A DNA stretch of 61,718 bases, filler included, from Bacteriovoracaceae bacterium (GCA_018649885.1; 4 parts of 4 records of this genome joined end to end with filler, not necessarily neighbours in it), one strand, 5' to 3'; shown: positions 46,743 through 57,186, counted from the first letter of the whole stretch. The notes: generated by a model from the sequence alone, not told the origin. Made by a program: numbers and translations.

Positions 46743-48338
46743 ATGAAATCAATTGTGACCTTATTCGCAATCGCACTTGTGATTGCATTCTCAGCTACCA
46801 CTTCTTTTTCAAAAGACACCTTGTTTCAATACCTCATCAAATTTAAAAACCACCCTGATGCCAGTAAAAATAAATTAGAGCTTGTTGATTTCGGACTCAA
46901 ACTAAAAGAGCACATAGGGCCTAATAAACAAATCTATGTCTACACAGCTCCACTTGAGCTATCACAGCAAGCACTCAGCAGTCTCAATACCAGAAATGGC
47001 ATTGATTGGATTGAGCCCGATTATCAAATACAAATTCCAATGCCTGTAGAATCTACTCAAAAAAAAAGTCCGGCCCTCTCACTAAGTGAGCCATATCATC
47101 ACCAAATTCTAGAAACCAAAAAGGCCCACAAGGCACTTAAAGATGGCAAAGAAATTATTGTTGCTGTGCTTGACACAGGCATTGAATCAACTCACCCCAA
47201 TTTAAAAAACCATATGTGGACAAATTCTGGAGAAATTGCAGGAAACGGAATTGATGATGATAAAAATGGCTTTATAGATGATGTTCACGGATATGACTTT
47301 TACAACAATCAATCCTCTGCAGAAGATGACAACGGCCATGGCACCCACTGTGCAGGTCTGATTGGGGCCTACCCCACAGATGCAAGAGATGTCTTTGGAG
47401 TCATGCCCAAAGTAAAACTGATGTCTCTAAAAATATTCAATCAATATGGACAAGGTAAACTCTCTACTGCTATCAAAGCGGTACTTTACGCTGTTAGAAA
47501 TGGTGCGGTGATTTTAAATAACTCATACGGTTCACCTAACCCCAATAAATCTCTAAGACTCGCCTTCAAAGCAGCTGAAAAGCTTGGAGTCATCGCGGTT
47601 TCAGCAGCTGGAAATCACAAGAATAATAATGACACCAGAGGCGAGTTCCCTGCCAATTTCGACTTACCCAATATAATTAGTGTGGGCTCAACAGATGCCA
47701 AAGATACCCATTCAAGCTTTTCAAATTTTGGCGCCCTAAGCGTTGATCTCTCCGCCCCGCGAGATCAAATCCTCAGCTCCCACCTCCATGGAAAGCTCAA
47801 ATCTTTAAGCGGCACTTCAATGAGTACTCCCCTTGTGGCCGGAGTTCTAGGTCTTGTATGGTCAAAAGATCCCTCGCAAACTTATAGAGAGGTGATCCAA
47901 AAAGTTCTCAATGGTAGTGACAAACTAGATCTCCTTTTTGGTAAAAACTACAACCTAGCAAGGGTGAATGCATACAATAGTGTAAAAGAAAAAAAAATTA
48001 AAAACCTCTATCCGCTACCAGAGAAGAAATGGAAAGAAGAATCTCTCGACATACAAAGTGATCACCCCTACCTAAACAACTCCCGCGCAAGTTATATTGT
48101 CGAAAAGTCAGGCGCTAAATATATCAAACTCAACTTTGATAAGATACATATGGAAAGTGGATACGACTTTTTAGAAATCATAAACTCCAAAGGCGTTATA
48201 GTTCACAAACTAAATGGCCCTTTTAAAGATGACCTCTCACTAATCATTCCCGGTGACAAGCTCACCCTTCAAATCGACTCAGATAGCTCACAAACAGAAT
48301 ATGGATTTAAAATTTCAAACTTTTCCTGGGGGAAATAA
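46743..48338 (+). CDS. Secreted S8 subtilase with C-terminal CUB-like domain
   Basis: VAVLDTG, HGTHCAG, AAGN, SGTSM; SDHPY..N, ESGYDFL, SD.S...YGF CUB-like tail. Confidence 0.92.
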   Translation: MKSIVTLFAIALVIAFSATTSFSKDTLFQYLIKFKNHPDASKNKLELVDFGLKLKEHIGPNKQIYVYTAPLELSQQALSSLNTRNGIDWIEPDYQIQIPMPVESTQKKSPALSLSEPYHHQILETKKAHKALKDGKEIIVAVLDTGIESTHPNLKNHMWTNSGEIAGNGIDDDKNGFIDDVHGYDFYNNQSSAEDDNGHGTHCAGLIGAYPTDARDVFGVMPKVKLMSLKIFNQYGQGKLSTAIKAVLYAVRNGAVILNNSYGSPNPNKSLRLAFKAAEKLGVIAVSAAGNHKNNNDTRGEFPANFDLPNIISVGSTDAKDTHSSFSNFGALSVDLSAPRDQILSSHLHGKLKSLSGTSMSTPLVAGVLGLVWSKDPSQTYREVIQKVLNGSDKLDLLFGKNYNLARVNAYNSVKEKKIKNLYPLPEKKWKEESLDIQSDHPYLNNSRASYIVEKSGAKYIKLNFDKIHMESGYDFLEIINSKGVIVHKLNGPFKDDLSLIIPGDKLTLQIDSDSSQTEYGFKISNFSWGK

Positions 48339-49690
48339 TGCTTAATAAAATACTTCTCACTTTCTTAATCTTAGGGTCTGCTCACGCCGCAGATATCGAT
48401 TCAGCTCCACCCTCAATCGGCAAAAGTGTTCGAGGAAAAAATGCTGTTTTTGTAGACTTCAAAAAGGCGACCTACAATATCACCATTAACAAAGCCTCTA
48501 AAAAGGCCTACGCCAAGTCTGTTATTGAGTTTACAAGCTTTGATACCGGGACTCCTATATTTGATTTAGTATCATCTATTGTGAAGGCAAAAATCGATGG
48601 CGTAGAAGTCGATATTCAAGCTATTAAGGCCCCCACTTGGAAAACTTCTTTCAAGACCACAAAGTCTGTTATTTCGCCTGGAAATCATACCCTCGAAATC
48701 GAGCACAACCTTTCAAATGGAGTTAAATTTGATTACAGTGGAGTCTCAGTAGGTTTTTTCATGAGTGACCTTGGTGATCGTAATTTCCTTGAAAAATACT
48801 TACCCACAAACCTTGAGTACGATCACTACAAAATGAATATTGTCCTTAATTTCACCAATACAACATCAAGACTTGTACAGGCCAATGGCACTGTTAAGTC
48901 CCTTGGTAAGAACTCTTGGGAAATAGACTACCCCGCCTACTTTACCACCTCAAGTGTTTATCTCCACAGTTTTCCAGATTTAGGAATAAGAAAGCTAGAA
49001 TGGGTTCACACCGCAAGTGATGGCAGAAAAATACCAGCAACCGTCTACACTAAAAGCTCAAGAGTTAGACCCGATAATTTCAAACGAAATACAATCAAAT
49101 ATTTAAAAGAGCTCGACAGAGACTATGGTCCCTTTCCCCATAATAAAATCATCGTCTATGGTGTTGGACCAATGAATGGTGGAATGGAGCATTGTGGGGC
49201 CACCATAACTTCTGAACGTGCACTGGGACATGAGCTAACTCACTCCTATTTTGCCAGGAGCGTAATGCCCAAAAATGGTAACTCAGGATGGGTTGATGAG
49301 GCGATTGCTAGCTGGAGGGACTCCCGCTACAAACGACTGTCCAGCACCACTTTTGCTGGCAGCAATATGGGTAAGCATTCCCCCTATCGCAGAACAACAG
49401 ATAAGAAGGCCTACAAACAGGGCCGAGATTTCCTAGCTCACTTAGACTATCTTTTAAGAAATAAAAAAGGGCTTAGGTATTACTTAAATGAATTTCACCA
49501 GCGCTTTCAACACAGCTCAGTATCTACAAAAGATTTCGCAGACTTCTTAAAATTTCAATCAGGTGAAAACTTTGATAAATTATTTGAAAAATATATTTGG
49601 GGAGGAACTTCTCCAATTTTAGGCCTAGAAGACTTCTCAAACCCGAACCATCCCAAATTATCCGAGGCGCAATTGAAAGCTTTGCTTTGA
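48338..49690 (+). CDS. Secreted M1-like gluzincin metallopeptidase
   Basis: GGMEH, HELTH, W.DEA. Confidence 0.85.
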   Translation: MLNKILLTFLILGSAHAADIDSAPPSIGKSVRGKNAVFVDFKKATYNITINKASKKAYAKSVIEFTSFDTGTPIFDLVSSIVKAKIDGVEVDIQAIKAPTWKTSFKTTKSVISPGNHTLEIEHNLSNGVKFDYSGVSVGFFMSDLGDRNFLEKYLPTNLEYDHYKMNIVLNFTNTTSRLVQANGTVKSLGKNSWEIDYPAYFTTSSVYLHSFPDLGIRKLEWVHTASDGRKIPATVYTKSSRVRPDNFKRNTIKYLKELDRDYGPFPHNKIIVYGVGPMNGGMEHCGATITSERALGHELTHSYFARSVMPKNGNSGWVDEAIASWRDSRYKRLSSTTFAGSNMGKHSPYRRTTDKKAYKQGRDFLAHLDYLLRNKKGLRYYLNEFHQRFQHSSVSTKDFADFLKFQSGENFDKLFEKYIWGGTSPILGLEDFSNPNHPKLSEAQLKALL

Positions 49691-49792
49691 GTAGACCTTT
49701 GATCAAAAGTTAAATAGCAGACACCTATTTCAAAGGATTGCGTGTTTGCTATTTCAGGGTCAATCACAAAAGTTTTGTAACGAATAGAAAAT

Positions 49793-50416
49793 TTACTTTG
49801 CCCACAACTCTAACTCAATATTTACATCGTCACCTAAAACAAAGCCACCTACATCCATAACTTTGTTCCAGGTTATTTTCCACAATTTGCGGTCAATGAG
49901 ACCTGTTACTTTAAATTTATGAGCATCTCCAATTAGTCCTTGATAAACTAAATAAAGAGTAACGGGTCTAGTAATCTTTTTGATTGTGAGATCACCCTTC
50001 ACTTCCACCGTCCGATTTTTTTGAACAATTACTGACTTATTTGAAATGAAAGTTATTTCCTTGAATTTTTTTGTATTAAAAAAATCCACATCTTCTCTAA
50101 GTTTTTTATCTCTTTTGGCCTTTCCCGTATCAATGGAGTCAACATTAATCAAGGCCCAAACACTTCCTACGGTCCAAGTTTTTATATCGAAATCTATATT
50201 TGCCTTAAACTTCTTAAACTTTCCTTTAACTGGTGCGCCTATTTTAAATTTGTAAATTGAGAAACCCAGGGTCGATTTATTCGTTACTGTATAAGTTTTT
50301 GACCAAGAAATTGAAGAAACTAAGCTCACCAGAGCAATGGTAAATAAATTTAGCTTAGCTCTATATTTAATAAAATGGCCACTATCCATAACAAAGCCCA
50401 CAGTCGGGACACTCAC
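49793..50416 (-). CDS. YceI-family protein
   Basis: V.GKF, SIDTG..KRD..L...DFF, GDLTIK.IT.PV, IDR..W.I; start uncertain. Confidence 0.85.
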   Translation of the reverse strand: MSVPTVGFVMDSGHFIKYRAKLNLFTIALVSLVSSISWSKTYTVTNKSTLGFSIYKFKIGAPVKGKFKKFKANIDFDIKTWTVGSVWALINVDSIDTGKAKRDKKLREDVDFFNTKKFKEITFISNKSVIVQKNRTVEVKGDLTIKKITRPVTLYLVYQGLIGDAHKFKVTGLIDRKLWKITWNKVMDVGGFVLGDDVNIELELWAK

Positions 50417-50729
50417 TCATCTCCCCACTCATACTTGCACCGCAAGCTTGGCACTTATTATCAACGCTTCCAGCATCATAAACACCTGAAATTGCTTCAT
50501 GATTTACTTCATGTCCTGAGAGATTATGCGAAAATTCCTCTTGCATCACCTTCATCACCATCTCTTTGTCTTTCTCTTTTCCCCAAAGCTCACAGGTCGG
50601 AGAACATCCGGTCGTACATGTGTTTTCACTGGCCAACATATCCAGATCAACGCCTAAATTTTTAAATTTTGATTTCACCATCTTGGCCTCAGAAATAGAT
50701 AATATTCCTAAGCAAAACTTATCTTCCAT
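50382..50729 (-). CDS. Small protein with C-terminal zinc ribbon
   Basis: CTTGC and CQACG..CPDCG; GAGG RBS. Confidence 0.7.
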   Translation of the reverse strand: MEDKFCLGILSISEAKMVKSKFKNLGVDLDMLASENTCTTGCSPTCELWGKEKDKEMVMKVMQEEFSHNLSGHEVNHEAISGVYDAGSVDNKCQACGASMSGEMSECPDCGLCYG

Positions 50730-50816
50730 TAGATATACCTCACTCCTATAATTGTACCTTATTACTATAATTTATATCCCGAATATAGGCCATGCCTAAC
50801 CTCTTAAGGTGCAGTA

Positions 50817-51647
50817 GTGAGTAAGCCGTGGAAAGAGATAATTGAAGAACTGGACACTGAGCAGTTAAAAAAACTCGCCTTGAAGCAGCGAGAGGAAATT
50901 GATGAACTTAACCGCTTGCTGACACTCTACAAAGAAGTTTCAGTTCACCAAACTCGCCTCGCCTCCATGGGAGAGATGTGTGGTGGCATAGCTCATGAGA
51001 TAAATAACCCTTTAACAATTATCAATGGCTCGCTTTTCCTCCTTGAAAGACAATTTCTAAAAAAGGAGATTAAGCCTGAAACTATAGCAGGACACTTTGA
51101 GCGCATTCATGAAACTATTGCCCATATATCAAATGTCGTTGTAAATATGAGAGCAATGGTAGTTAAGTGTGACAACCTAGAAAAGCAAGTCATCAAGATA
51201 AGTGATCTTTTTTCCAAAAGCTTAATTTTCTGTGAAGCAAAATTTAAAAACCGAAGCATCAAAATAGAGTCAATCTGCGATGAAGATTTATCACTTCACT
51301 GTCAGCCCACTCAAATAGCTCAAGTTCTTTTAAATCTCTATTCAAATTCTTTTCACGCCATTAAAAATTTAGAAGTTGAAAGATGGATTAGCATAAAAGC
51401 GTGGTCAGAAAACAATCTCATTTACATTCGGGTTACCGACTCAGGCAATGGTATAGATAATGAGCATGCAAAAAATATTTTCACCCCCTACTATACGACA
51501 AAAAGTATTGATGAAGGGACAGGAGTAGGACTTAGCATTTCAAAAAAGATTGTTGAAGAACACCAGGGGACACTTGAGTATAAGCTCTTTAAAGGAAATA
51601 CTTGTTTTGAGATGAGCTTCCCCTTCCCTTTAGAGAGAAAGTTTTAA
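50817..51647 (+). CDS. Soluble NtrB-type histidine kinase without sensor domain
   Basis: GIAHEINNPL, QVLLNL..NS, DSGNGI, FTPYYTTK, GTGVGL. Confidence 0.9.
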   Translation: MSKPWKEIIEELDTEQLKKLALKQREEIDELNRLLTLYKEVSVHQTRLASMGEMCGGIAHEINNPLTIINGSLFLLERQFLKKEIKPETIAGHFERIHETIAHISNVVVNMRAMVVKCDNLEKQVIKISDLFSKSLIFCEAKFKNRSIKIESICDEDLSLHCQPTQIAQVLLNLYSNSFHAIKNLEVERWISIKAWSENNLIYIRVTDSGNGIDNEHAKNIFTPYYTTKSIDEGTGVGLSISKKIVEEHQGTLEYKLFKGNTCFEMSFPFPLERKF

Positions 51648-54598
51648 TCAACAATTTCGTATTCGAGAAGTTTCTTACTCTTATAGGCCTTGCCATATCC
51701 ATTAGAGAGTCTCTTCCAAATTGATGTTTTAGAATCCCCAACGCCGGCAACATTTCTAAAATTTGTAGTCTTTCCGCTTTTTTTGCCTTTAAACAATTCG
51801 GCCATATTCTTTTTGCCTTTTTTACCTCTTCTTGCACTCTTATAATAAAGGCCCTTGCCTGAATTGTAGCCATAGCCACCTTTTTTCTTATATCGTCCGC
51901 CACCTTTCCCGCCTCCAGGAGCACTGGCACCGCCGCCTCCGCCAGGAAGACCTGCACTTGGAGCAGAAGCACCTCCGCCTCCAGCACCGCCAAGGCCTTT
52001 TCTCTTAACTGAAGCAGCACTACTGCCTCCATCAACAATTCCAGACCCTACACCTGGAGCTCCATCAATTGCTCCAGAAAAGTCTCCCGAAGGATCCCCG
52101 TCTGCATCAGTAGTCGTATCCACGGAACCCGCCACATCTCTTAGTGTGTTAGTGGATCCCATCGAACTTGCTGCCCCTCCATCCATATCAAGAGAGCCAA
52201 AGCCCGAATCAAAACCATGTCCGTAGCTACCCATATTGTAACCACCACATTCTGGCATAGTTGGGTTGAGTTCACACTGTCCTATATTTAATACATCAGA
52301 ATAAAGGCCTCCCATATCTAGGTCTTCCATTCTTGTGTCGATGTCGTCGATCATGTTTTGGATTTGGTGGGCCTGGACGAAGTAGGCGGTACCAGCAGCA
52401 AGTTTAACAAGACCTTTCGCCAAGTTTTGCGCCCCTAGTTGTTTTGCAACATTTTTTATCTTCTCATTTGGTAAAACATCATCTCTACCACCCAACCTCT
52501 CGGCCGCTACTGCACAATGGTCATATTTTAATACGACTCCTGCATATTGAACAGGGATAGGCAATTCAATGCTAGAGCTAGATTCCCCACGGTCTTCTAT
52601 TTCTTCTCGAAAAGAGCTTTCGGCCCCTACTAAAGCCCCCTCAAAAAGGGCCTCAGGTGAATCTTCACCTTGCATCTCACGACTAATTATGGCCGTAAAA
52701 TCATCTTGTGTTTCCCCTGCCTCAGTTTCGCCGGCCTCTGCACCAGCACCTTTCTTTTTTGCAAAAGCTGGACTTAGTACATAACTGCTTAACTCAATGC
52801 TTGGACGAATTAAGTAACGACTTAAATTCTTTGACGAATTTAAAAACTTAAAGGCCAAAAGGGATTGGAATTTTTTAACTTTATTTATATAGCTAGCGCT
52901 TCCTACGTCCTCTTCTTCTCTAAGCCCAGTACAGACTCCCGAAGAGTAACATTTATCATGCTCACTATCATGGCCCATAATTAACCCAAAAACATTCATA
53001 TCAAAACTGCTATTTTGCCTGAGGGCCGTTCGACACCTATCGATGTAACCAGGCCAAGAGAGCTCTTTTTCATATTTTGCAGCTGTCGCCAGCAAAAAGC
53101 CACCTTTTGCGCTTTCAATCACCCCTATCCCAATGGCCTCTCGACCAAGGGTTGAGGTGTTACCTTTTAGCTCTTTAAGAGCAAGAGTGGGATCCATTGG
53201 ATCTTCAGCCGCATCAATCATCAAGTCAGCTTGATTTTTAGTAGCACTTAACTGTTGGTGAATATTTCCAGCTTGCTGGACACCAAGGTCTATAATTGCA
53301 TAAGAGTCATATGTCTTTAGAACTTTTGTGCAAATGGCATAATCTTGGGTAACAACCCCTTTATTCTCACATTTAAGAGCAGGGTTTATACTGCTGACCA
53401 TTTCCTCTTTTTCCAAATATTCATCATTAAACTGAGTCGCGTACAACATGGCATCACAAACTCTAACTTCTCGCACTATCTTCCGCGCAACAATTTGAGA
53501 TGACGTACGTACAAAATCTGCTCCCACAATAGGGTTGTTTATCATCATATGATCTTTCCAAAATGAGCACTCAACAAATCGATCAGATTCAGGACATATA
53601 TCTTGTATATGATGTTTTAATTCCTTATGCCGATCAAAAAATATTTTCCATTTATCTCTTGAATTTTTAAACCTCGGCCTTACAAAAGCGAACGCTTTTT
53701 CCCATGATTTTGATTTTCCTTCACCATTCTTAAAAAGAGCTTCTGGAGTAAAGTATTCATCTTTGTCTCTTCTTTGTGCCTCAAACCAATCGTCCCACCC
53801 ACCAAAAATTCGTACACATTTTTTGAGTGAACTATTGGCACCAATATCACCTGATACTTCTACATTGAATTCTACTGCTGCATCTATCGCCTTACTTGCT
53901 AATGAATCCCCTAGTGCTTTCCAACTATCAGTGCCATATGTAGTATCAATGCTAAGACATGCCTCGTCTCCCAAAGAACACTCACTAGTAATCACAGAAC
54001 CAGTATAAAGTGCTTTTGAACCTTTTCTGTAGTCAGGTATTGTAGGTTGAATCCCCGCTGGTAAGCTCTTTGTCTTACCCTCGCTGATCATTTGATAAAA
54101 AGCATATTTGGCCTTTGCATATTCTGTAAATTTGCCTACAATTTCTTCAAATTTATCCTGATCCCAATCACACTTTGCAGTATCAGCATCAGTTTTCCAT
54201 TCAGTGGCGTAATGCGAGCGACACTCTTCTTCGTCAGAAGCTGCGGCAGTGGTGTCTCCATCATGGCCTGGGGGATCATCTTTTTCTTCATCTTCGTCAT
54301 CATCAGAATTTTTGACACATTTTTGCTCAGTATTCTCTGGACTTTCTTCATCAACTCCTAAGTGATGGGTATCCTCAGGGCAAGCACACAGAGCTACGTC
54401 ATCAGAAGAAATGGAAACTTCACCATCAGCACAGGACCTGAGAACACAAGCCCCGTCTTCATTGTCATCGCAAAGCTCAATGCATTCACCCTCAGTATTC
54501 TCTTTAACGTCGCAACCAAATAAGTCTCCTACAAAGACAGTTTGCCCAAAAAAAACTAGGCAAAAAAGAAGAGTAAATTTGGAAATAAAATTTCTCAT
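51644..54598 (-). CDS. Large secreted hypothetical protein with Cys/acidic N-terminus and Gly-rich C-terminus
   Basis: 984 aa; signal peptide; compositional domains visible. Confidence 0.8.
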   Translation of the reverse strand: MRNFISKFTLLFCLVFFGQTVFVGDLFGCDVKENTEGECIELCDDNEDGACVLRSCADGEVSISSDDVALCACPEDTHHLGVDEESPENTEQKCVKNSDDDEDEEKDDPPGHDGDTTAAASDEEECRSHYATEWKTDADTAKCDWDQDKFEEIVGKFTEYAKAKYAFYQMISEGKTKSLPAGIQPTIPDYRKGSKALYTGSVITSECSLGDEACLSIDTTYGTDSWKALGDSLASKAIDAAVEFNVEVSGDIGANSSLKKCVRIFGGWDDWFEAQRRDKDEYFTPEALFKNGEGKSKSWEKAFAFVRPRFKNSRDKWKIFFDRHKELKHHIQDICPESDRFVECSFWKDHMMINNPIVGADFVRTSSQIVARKIVREVRVCDAMLYATQFNDEYLEKEEMVSSINPALKCENKGVVTQDYAICTKVLKTYDSYAIIDLGVQQAGNIHQQLSATKNQADLMIDAAEDPMDPTLALKELKGNTSTLGREAIGIGVIESAKGGFLLATAAKYEKELSWPGYIDRCRTALRQNSSFDMNVFGLIMGHDSEHDKCYSSGVCTGLREEEDVGSASYINKVKKFQSLLAFKFLNSSKNLSRYLIRPSIELSSYVLSPAFAKKKGAGAEAGETEAGETQDDFTAIISREMQGEDSPEALFEGALVGAESSFREEIEDRGESSSSIELPIPVQYAGVVLKYDHCAVAAERLGGRDDVLPNEKIKNVAKQLGAQNLAKGLVKLAAGTAYFVQAHQIQNMIDDIDTRMEDLDMGGLYSDVLNIGQCELNPTMPECGGYNMGSYGHGFDSGFGSLDMDGGAASSMGSTNTLRDVAGSVDTTTDADGDPSGDFSGAIDGAPGVGSGIVDGGSSAASVKRKGLGGAGGGGASAPSAGLPGGGGGASAPGGGKGGGRYKKKGGYGYNSGKGLYYKSARRGKKGKKNMAELFKGKKSGKTTNFRNVAGVGDSKTSIWKRLSNGYGKAYKSKKLLEYEIVD

Positions 54599-54642
54599 TA
54601 CATCATATCCATTCGGTAGTTTTTTAAATTCTACCAGTAAAT

Positions 54643-54670
54643 TTATCGGATATTATGTAAAATAACTTGA
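54643..54670 (-). promoter_or_regulatory. Candidate sigma28 (FliA) promoter
   Basis: TCAAGTTA-12 nt-TCCGATAA on minus strand about 45 nt upstream of the 984-aa gene. Confidence 0.4.
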
Positions 54671-54849
54671 GCCCCCCGGACGGGTTCTAAATCCCTGTGA
54701 TATTAATACCTTCCAGTTTGCTTTACAAAAAATATTGAGAGGGAAAAGTGCCCACAATTGGTGGCATTTTGATGATTTTGATTTGGGTAAAATGCTATTG
54801 TTTTTCGATTGCTGGATGGTTAGTTTATAGAACTCAGGCGAGCGAAGAC

Positions 54850-55026
54850 GGTGTTCACAGCAAACGGTGTTTACAGTTTCAGCGATACTTACAGAGCTGG
54901 CGGTGCTTACGGCGCTTATTATTCTGGCGATGCTTAAAGTGCTTACTATTTTGGCGGTACTTGGGGTGTTTATTATTCAAGCAGTGCTTTGGCGGTACTT
55001 GGGGTGTTTATTATTCAAGCAGTGCT
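54850..55026. repeat. Degenerate 9/27-nt tandem repeats ending in an exact 38-nt duplication
   Basis: 27-nt units at 54897, 54924, 54951; 54951-54988 identical to 54989-55026. Confidence 0.8.
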
Positions 55027-55126
55027 NNNNNNNNNNNNNNNNNNNNNNNNNNNNNNNNNNNNNNNNNNNNTTAATTAATTAANNNNNNNNNNNNNNNNNN
55101 NNNNNNNNNNNNNNNNNNNNNNNNNN
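55027..55126. other. Artificial contig linker
   Basis: N run with TTAATTAATTAA. Confidence 0.97.
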
Positions 55127-55266
55127 CCATACCTGCCGAAAGTTAAACATTGAATTTTGGGATTACCTGCAAGACAGATTAAATAAAAAATTCAAAATCC
55201 CAGCTCTACAAAACCTGATTGAAATTGCTTAGTTAGAAATCTAGCCTCTTTTTATTGAGTAGTTAC
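55127..55266 (+). mobile_element. 3' end of IS66-like insertion sequence
   Basis: Partial ORF TCRKLNIEFWDYLQDRL...IPAL..LI* typical of IS66-type transposase C-termini; terminus ttattgagtagTTAC (GTAA-type end); at contig edge. Confidence 0.7.
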
Positions 55267-55369
55267 TAAAAGGACGCCTAGTTTATGAGCAATAAAGCGC
55301 TTTAGACAACCTACGTAATCTCATAATAAGTACTTAGACACCTCATTTTGGAGCTCCATTTGCAATATA

Positions 55370-56749
55370 ATGAGCTCCAGGCTTAATTTCTTGTGGGGAG
55401 GAACTATCAAAGCAAGTGGATCAAAAACAAATAAATTTTATTTCCATATTGCCACTTTCCTGATGGTTGCAATTAGCTGCGATAATATTGATCAATTTTG
55501 CGGAGAAGGCGTAGACGGAACCCCCCTTGAAACTCTTCTTACCACAAGCCTTGCACTTTCATCTGTCAGGAGTCATTTATGGAAGATTAAAAGTGATAGC
55601 TGGCCCACTGACCAATACTCAAGACCACTGATTAAAGTCTGCTGGCAAGATAGGCCCGGAGGCTATCCCTATGAACTTAATCAAGAAGAACTAGATAAAA
55701 CACTTTACTCTAACAAAGAATATGAAACCTTTAGAGAGGTCGTCCAAAAAAGAATTGAGGCCAGTTGGCTCAAGGCCCAATGTGAAGACGGTGTTATCCC
55801 CTACAGTAAACATATCGCCACTCCTGGCGCCCCTGTTTGGATGTGGGATGAATTGACCCAGAGTTGTTATCCAGCGAGTTCAGGATCTGATTTTAAACCC
55901 TGGCCTGTTTGTGATGATTCAAATGATCAGCATATTCGTATTAGAACACCCATCAGCGCAGGCGGAGCCTACTCGGCCATTGGAAATGATTTGATGGAAA
56001 GAAAAAATGAAACAAATAAAGAAAGTAAAAAAATTGATAAAGGAGAAATTGTTCAAATTCCTATCTCACTTAAAGATGGTCCATTTGAAGCGTGTGGAAA
56101 ACGGGATGTGGCGTATCAAGATGCAAAAGCTGCTCTCGACTTTATACAAAGATGGCAAAAAGCATTTCCTAGTATCGATTTATCAGATCAAATTGCGGCC
56201 GCTGAAGCAACTAGGGATAGCACATTTTCTTTTGTTAAAGATTGTTGGGCAGAACTGGCCATTCATGAGTTTGGGCACGCACTTGGATTCACTCATTCTC
56301 AAAGACGTGAAGATATGGAAGAGTATGTGGATGAAATACTCAGCTCTGGAAGACTTCCCGATGGCAGCAGGCTTTCTGAAAGTGATAGAGAAACATACCA
56401 AAAGTGTAAAGAAAGACTTGAAGGGGAACCCAGAGGGACAGCGGGAGATATCCACTTCGAAGAACCTGATATGGACTCCGTCATGAATTACTGCAATCCC
56501 AAATCAAATGGTGATGGGATACTAAGTGAAAAAGATAAAAGACATCTGCGTTGGATTTACTTTCCGGAGTACTATCCCACTGTAGCTTGTTCAGAAGATG
56601 ATTTAATTACTGATTTAAGTGTTTTTGGAGACACTCCAAGACCAGAAAGTGAAGGTAGGGATGATATCCAAGATGGTCTTAATGACGGTTTTAGTGATGG
56701 CGGGGACCATGGCGATTTAGGGCCTCAAGATAGAGTGCTTATAGAGTAA
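55370..56749 (+). CDS. Metzincin zinc metallopeptidase, probable lipoprotein
   Basis: HEFGHALGFTH, Met-turn SVMNY, AISC lipobox; start uncertain. Confidence 0.82.
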   Translation: MSSRLNFLWGGTIKASGSKTNKFYFHIATFLMVAISCDNIDQFCGEGVDGTPLETLLTTSLALSSVRSHLWKIKSDSWPTDQYSRPLIKVCWQDRPGGYPYELNQEELDKTLYSNKEYETFREVVQKRIEASWLKAQCEDGVIPYSKHIATPGAPVWMWDELTQSCYPASSGSDFKPWPVCDDSNDQHIRIRTPISAGGAYSAIGNDLMERKNETNKESKKIDKGEIVQIPISLKDGPFEACGKRDVAYQDAKAALDFIQRWQKAFPSIDLSDQIAAAEATRDSTFSFVKDCWAELAIHEFGHALGFTHSQRREDMEEYVDEILSSGRLPDGSRLSESDRETYQKCKERLEGEPRGTAGDIHFEEPDMDSVMNYCNPKSNGDGILSEKDKRHLRWIYFPEYYPTVACSEDDLITDLSVFGDTPRPESEGRDDIQDGLNDGFSDGGDHGDLGPQDRVLIE

Positions 56750-56778
56750 AATTAAAACCATAAAGGCATAGGCCTTAC

Positions 56779-57090
56779 TTAATTCCAGCTTCTTGTTTTA
56801 TTTAATTCTTCTTTTTTATGAAACATCTCTTCCAGATTTATGTCGTATCTATTGGCAATGGCACAGGTGTAAATAAGAATATCTACAAGCTCTTCGCCTA
56901 CTTCAAAAGCAATTTCATCTCGACTCTTATTTTTAATTTCTGATTTCCTTATGGCCTTAAATAGCTCTCCAACCTCTTCGCCAAGAAGTAGGCACTTTTG
57001 AAGGACAGTGTTACTAATAAAACCACGCTCAATTTCCATATTTTTTATATATTCTTGATATTTGGATAAATCAAAGCCGCTATTTGTCAC
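56779..57090 (-). CDS. MazG-like nucleotide pyrophosphohydrolase
   Basis: LGEEVGEL, EELVD, IAN...INLE. Confidence 0.85.
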   Translation of the reverse strand: MTNSGFDLSKYQEYIKNMEIERGFISNTVLQKCLLLGEEVGELFKAIRKSEIKNKSRDEIAFEVGEELVDILIYTCAIANRYDINLEEMFHKKEELNKTRSWN

Positions 57091-57186
57091 CGATACTCCC
57101 CTGTAACCTATTTGGGAGCATGTTTATCACACCAACACAGTATTGAGTAACTCTCTATGAACACATTTAATTTTGGATATTTAGAA

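Noticed and set aside
54897..55026. 27/38-nt repeats as CRISPR
   Set aside because: Head-to-tail and degenerate, no spacers
56007..56486. 159-aa same-strand overlapping ORF
   Set aside because: Alternative frame inside the metallopeptidase with no motif support
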